DNA from: Eukaryota sp. TZLM1-RC
Lineage: Eukaryota > Protista > Metamonada: BaSk clade
DNA: 64,000 nucleotides
Assembly (NCBI GenBank): GCA_040285825.1
Contig: JAUPSS010000007.1
Coordinates: 1,202,501-1,266,500 of the forward strand
Reading direction: 5' to 3'
Under the pieces are notes generated by a model. That model was not told where the DNA came from and ran no database searches. It saw nothing but the letters and a program-made list of their open reading frames with translations. Of this stretch, positions 60,325 through 64,000 are shown piece by piece. A program made the position numbers and the translations under genes. Every line of letters starts with the position of its first letter. Position 1 is the first letter of the stretch.

Positions 60325-61290
60325 AAATCAATTCAAGAAATTCCAAACCCATCTCTTTTTAATTTACAGTTTTGATGTAAAAAGCTTCAACAAAAATTAA
60401 AGATTTTTGAAAGCTTTGATTTTGATGTTACACTTAACTTGGCCAAGAAAATAATCTCGCTTTTGCAAATCTTTTGGAAAGATATGTGTCACAGTACTTC
60501 TTCTGCCTTAGTAACAACAATTCCACAAGTTTATGGTACTCTCTTAACTGATTCTGCTTGGACTTTGAATATGAGACCTCGCTCCTTTAATTGACCTGAT
60601 AATTTACCTCATAATTTAATTTGTAAATGTTCTCGAGAAATTACAACTGCTCATTTGTTAAATTGTAAACATTTTATTACTTTTAGAAGCAAGGTTCATG
60701 ATGCTGTAAGAGACCAGTTATATTGTATGTGTAAATCTCATAGAATTGAATCCTTCTTGGAACCTCTGTTGTCAAATCTGTTTGATGCTGAAGATGATTT
60801 TCATAAGAATAATAGAGGTGATGTTATATTACCTGGATTAGATGGAAGCTTCATTTTATTGGATGTAAAGTTCATCCTTGTAATGCCTCAAATGAAAGGC
60901 TTGTTAATTCTGAAATTCATAATCCTCTTTCAAATTCTGAAAATTTCAAATTCAAAAAACACAATGAACCTTTGTCCAAATTGGCCAGTCTACAGCATGC
61001 AAAATTCAATTTGTATCCTTTTGTTTTTTGCCTTTTTGGTTCACTTGCACCAACTGCTTTACGTTTTTTGGATAATTTTGAAATGATTGCAAAGAGAAGA
61101 ACTGGCAGAAATTTCAACAGATTGTTTTGGCAAAATACAATTGTGTTTTCTATTTTTAAGGGGATGTTGAAGATGTTTTCTGATGCTTTGCTTTCTTTTG
61201 GATCTCACTATGAGAAAGTTGCATCTAGTGTTTTTGTTTTGGGAGAGATGGGTTTTTGAGATGTTGATTTATAGGATTTGAATAAAATTT
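60325..61290 (+). mobile_element. CRE-type 3' fragment, frameshifted
   Basis: LICKC...HLLNCKHF, HDAVRDQL, RGDVILPG and FWQNTIVF; same family as 13500-13990. Confidence 0.85.
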
Positions 61291-61319
61291 AAATTTTTGG
61301 TCAAAAATAAAACAGAGTG

Positions 61320-61720
61320 TAATGCAAGAGAAAAGAAAAAGGGCCAAGAGGATCACGATGTTTTACACCTCTAGCAGAGGTAAGGGTAAAAGAGTCAAAA
61401 AAGAAGGCTAGATGACGTACCATACATCAATCGAAAATAGGGCAATTGTTCAGGAAAATATCGTTCCAATAAATCATAAATACTACGACGAAAAACCGAA
61501 TTAAAGGCATCCTTATAATCAATATTTGACAAAAAATTGGACACTGAACGGTGAAACATCAAATCAGCCGATAATGAAGCACACGTTGTACCATAAGGGA
61601 CCCCGATAGCAAATTGAAAAGGTCTACAACAATTAATTGAAATTGATTTAATTATTCTTAAACAAATAATAGCGAAAAGACGCATAACTGTCTATCCAAT
61701 AGCAATAGGACGCACAGGTT
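61320..61720 (-). mobile_element. Degenerate CRE RT fragment
   Basis: VRPIAIG, PFQFAIG, IDYKDAFNSV and RGVKHRDPLGP with stops and frameshifts. Confidence 0.8.
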
Positions 61721-61993
61721 TTCAAATGAGAAACAGTAAGATCAGTAAGAAGAGGTTTCCTCTTCAACAGTGCATCATTATAATAAAGACAAAAAATTTT
61801 TATTATAAATGTTCATTACAACAATATGTCGTCACAGTTTCTTGAAAAAATTCAGTAGTGCAATTAAAATTATCACAATATGCAGGATGATGTAAGACAA
61901 AAAATTGAATTAATGGCATTGGATTTATGACATATATGCAATCTGTATTACTTTCAATTAATTATTTCGATATTGAAAATTGATTGTTTTCTG

Positions 61994-63967
61994 TTAAAAA
62001 TGGAAAACCTCCAGAGCCTTCAAGTCATCAGTAAGGTCACTCTCCGAAAGACAGATATCAGCTGTAGTGGAATCCCAGTCCAGAACAGGAATATTCATTA
62101 TGGTGTCGTAGAAGACAAACAATTCAGTAGAATTGTTCACCTGATAAAGAATGTTGATGTCCTCAAGATACAAATGGGTCAGAGTCGAATTTCGCTCAAG
62201 AGCACAGAAAAAAGCACTAGCGCATTTATCGGTAATGTTGTTCTTCGTAAGATTCAATTGGGTCAGAGTCGAATTTTTCTCCAGAGCACGGGCGAGAGCA
62301 CTAGCGCCTTCATCAGTAATGTTGTTGTGACGAAGATCCAATTGGGTCAGAGTCGAATTCTTCTTCAGAGCACGGGCGAGAGCACTAGCTCCTACGTTGG
62401 TAATGGTGTTGCTAGAAAGATACAATTCAGTCAAAGAGGAATTATTCCTCCTATTTAAAAATTTCTTCTCCAGAGCACGGGCGAGAGCACTAGCGCCTTC
62501 ATCGGTAATGTTGTTCTTCGTAAGATTCAATTGGGTCAGAGTCGAATTTTTCTCCAGAGCACGGGCGAGAGCACTAGCGCCTTCATCGGTAATGTTGTTC
62601 TTCGTAAGATTCAATTGGGTCAGAGTCGAATTTTTCTCCAGAGCACGGGCGAGAGCACTAGCGCCTTCATCGGTAATGTTGTTCTTCGTAAGATCCAATT
62701 GGGTCAGAGTCGAATTCTTCTTCAGAGCACGGGCGAGAGCACTAGCGCCTTCATCAGTAATGTTGTTGTGACCAAGATCCAATTGGGTCAGAGTCGAATT
62801 ACCCTCCAGAGCACGGGCGAGAGCACTAGCGCCTTCATCAGTAATGTTGTTGTGACCAAGATCCAATTGGGTCAGAGTCGAATTACCCTCCAGAGCACGG
62901 GCGAGAGCACTAGCACCTTCATCAGTAATGTTGTTGTGACCAAGATCCAATTGGGTCAGAGTCGAATTACCCTCCAGAGCACGGGCGAGAACACTAGCGC
63001 CTTCATCAGTAATGTTGTTTTGACCAAGATCCAATTGGGTCAGAGTCGCATTTCGCTCAAGAGCACGGGCGAGAGCACTAGCGCCTTCATCAGTAATGCT
63101 GTGGTATTGAAAATCCAATTGGGTCAGAGTCGCATTTCGCTCAAGAGCACGGGCGAGAGCACTAGCGCCTTCATCAGTAATGTTGTTGTAACGAAAATCC
63201 AATCGGGTCAGAGTCGCATTTCGCTCAAGAGCACGGGCAAGAGCACTAGCGCCTTCATCAGTAATGCTGTGGTAATGAAAATCCAATTGGGTCAGAGTCG
63301 AATTTCGCTCAAGAGCACGGGCGAGAGCACTAGCGCCTTCATCGGTAATTTCGTTCCCAGATAGATGCAATTGTGCCAGAGTCGCATTTCGCTCAAGAGC
63401 ACGGGCGAGAGCACTAACGCCTTCATCAGTAATGTTGTTGTAACGAAAATCCAATTGGGTCAGAGTCGAATTTCGCTCAAGAGCACGGGCGAGAGCACTA
63501 ACGCCTTCATCAGTAATGTTGTTGTAACGAAAATCCAATTGGGTCAGAGTCGAATTTCGCTCAAGAGCACGGGCGAGAGCACTAACGCCTTCATCAGTAA
63601 AGTCGATGTGACGAAAATCCAATTGGGTCAGAGTCGAATTTCGCTCAAGAGCACGGGCGAGAGCACTAACGCCTTCATCAGTAAAGTCGATGTGACGAAA
63701 CTCCAATTGGGTCAGAGCCGAATTTCGCTCAAGAGCACGGGCGAGAGCCCTAATATCTTCATCTGTAATGAGGCAGTCACGAAGATACAAGTCAGTCAAG
63801 GTGGAATTGCTCTCCAGAGCACGGGCAAGAGCACTAAAGCCATCACAGGCGCAGTTGATAAAATCAAGACATAATTTAGTGATAGAATCTCCGACCAAAC
63901 TCTCGACAGTCTTCTTCACCACATTCGTTAATTTATCCCAATTCACATTTGACTTGATGTCTTCCAA
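61994..63967 (-). CDS. RI/NLRC3-like LRR protein, 657 aa, 20 x 28-aa repeats
   Basis: 84-bp tandem units encoding ITDEGASALARALExNSTLTQLxxxxNN, with short unique N- and C-termini. No NACHT domain within the ORF. Confidence 0.92.
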   Translation of the reverse strand: MEDIKSNVNWDKLTNVVKKTVESLVGDSITKLCLDFINCACDGFSALARALESNSTLTDLYLRDCLITDEDIRALARALERNSALTQLEFRHIDFTDEGVSALARALERNSTLTQLDFRHIDFTDEGVSALARALERNSTLTQLDFRYNNITDEGVSALARALERNSTLTQLDFRYNNITDEGVSALARALERNATLAQLHLSGNEITDEGASALARALERNSTLTQLDFHYHSITDEGASALARALERNATLTRLDFRYNNITDEGASALARALERNATLTQLDFQYHSITDEGASALARALERNATLTQLDLGQNNITDEGASVLARALEGNSTLTQLDLGHNNITDEGASALARALEGNSTLTQLDLGHNNITDEGASALARALEGNSTLTQLDLGHNNITDEGASALARALKKNSTLTQLDLTKNNITDEGASALARALEKNSTLTQLNLTKNNITDEGASALARALEKNSTLTQLNLTKNNITDEGASALARALEKKFLNRRNNSSLTELYLSSNTITNVGASALARALKKNSTLTQLDLRHNNITDEGASALARALEKNSTLTQLNLTKNNITDKCASAFFCALERNSTLTHLYLEDINILYQVNNSTELFVFYDTIMNIPVLDWDSTTADICLSESDLTDDLKALEVFHF

Positions 63968-64000
63968 AATTTCTTCCTTAGAAGGGGTATGATTATCATC

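Noticed and set aside
62150-63850. Regular 84-bp repeats (also at 4437-5000) resembling a CRISPR array
   Set aside because: The period is exactly 28 codons of an LRR protein. There are no unique spacers and no cas genes.
61973-63874. Long antisense ORFs (QSTGESTSAF repeats; also 4245-5003 and the RARARAL ORFs)
   Set aside because: Shadow frames produced by the stop-free LRR repeat unit.

Overview
AT-rich eukaryotic DNA, probably a protist: it has a 32-nt spliceosomal intron, eukaryotic host genes and the standard genetic code. Transposons dominate. From left to right: (1) an apparently intact single-ORF Ty3/Gypsy gag-pol with a chromodomain, running off the left edge and absent from the ORF track; (2) a truncated 28-aa LRR gene; (3) a ~6-kb block (Fanzor1, DJ-1/PfpI, CRE fragment, histone-fold gene) present twice in inverted orientation (5050-11092 and 29281-38128); (4) an island of host genes (longin-like, TM U-box, PH domain, 2029-aa AbpF-like, NUFIP1-like); (5) many CRE-type RT-RLE non-LTR retrotransposons, including one inserted in DJ-1 with a 12-bp TSD and two tandem arrays of dead copies; (6) a 20-repeat LRR gene. 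The main candidate for a new system comes from comparing the two decayed Fanzor copies. Together they reconstruct one reading frame: Ulp1-like protease remnant - 2A StopGo peptide (GDVEANPGP) - basic linker - PolB-type DEDDy 3'-5' exonuclease - Fanzor1 RuvC nuclease, followed by a hairpin-rich candidate omegaRNA. Both copies are damaged, so the fusion is a reconstruction, not an observed intact ORF. All family calls come from motif recognition; no database searches were run.
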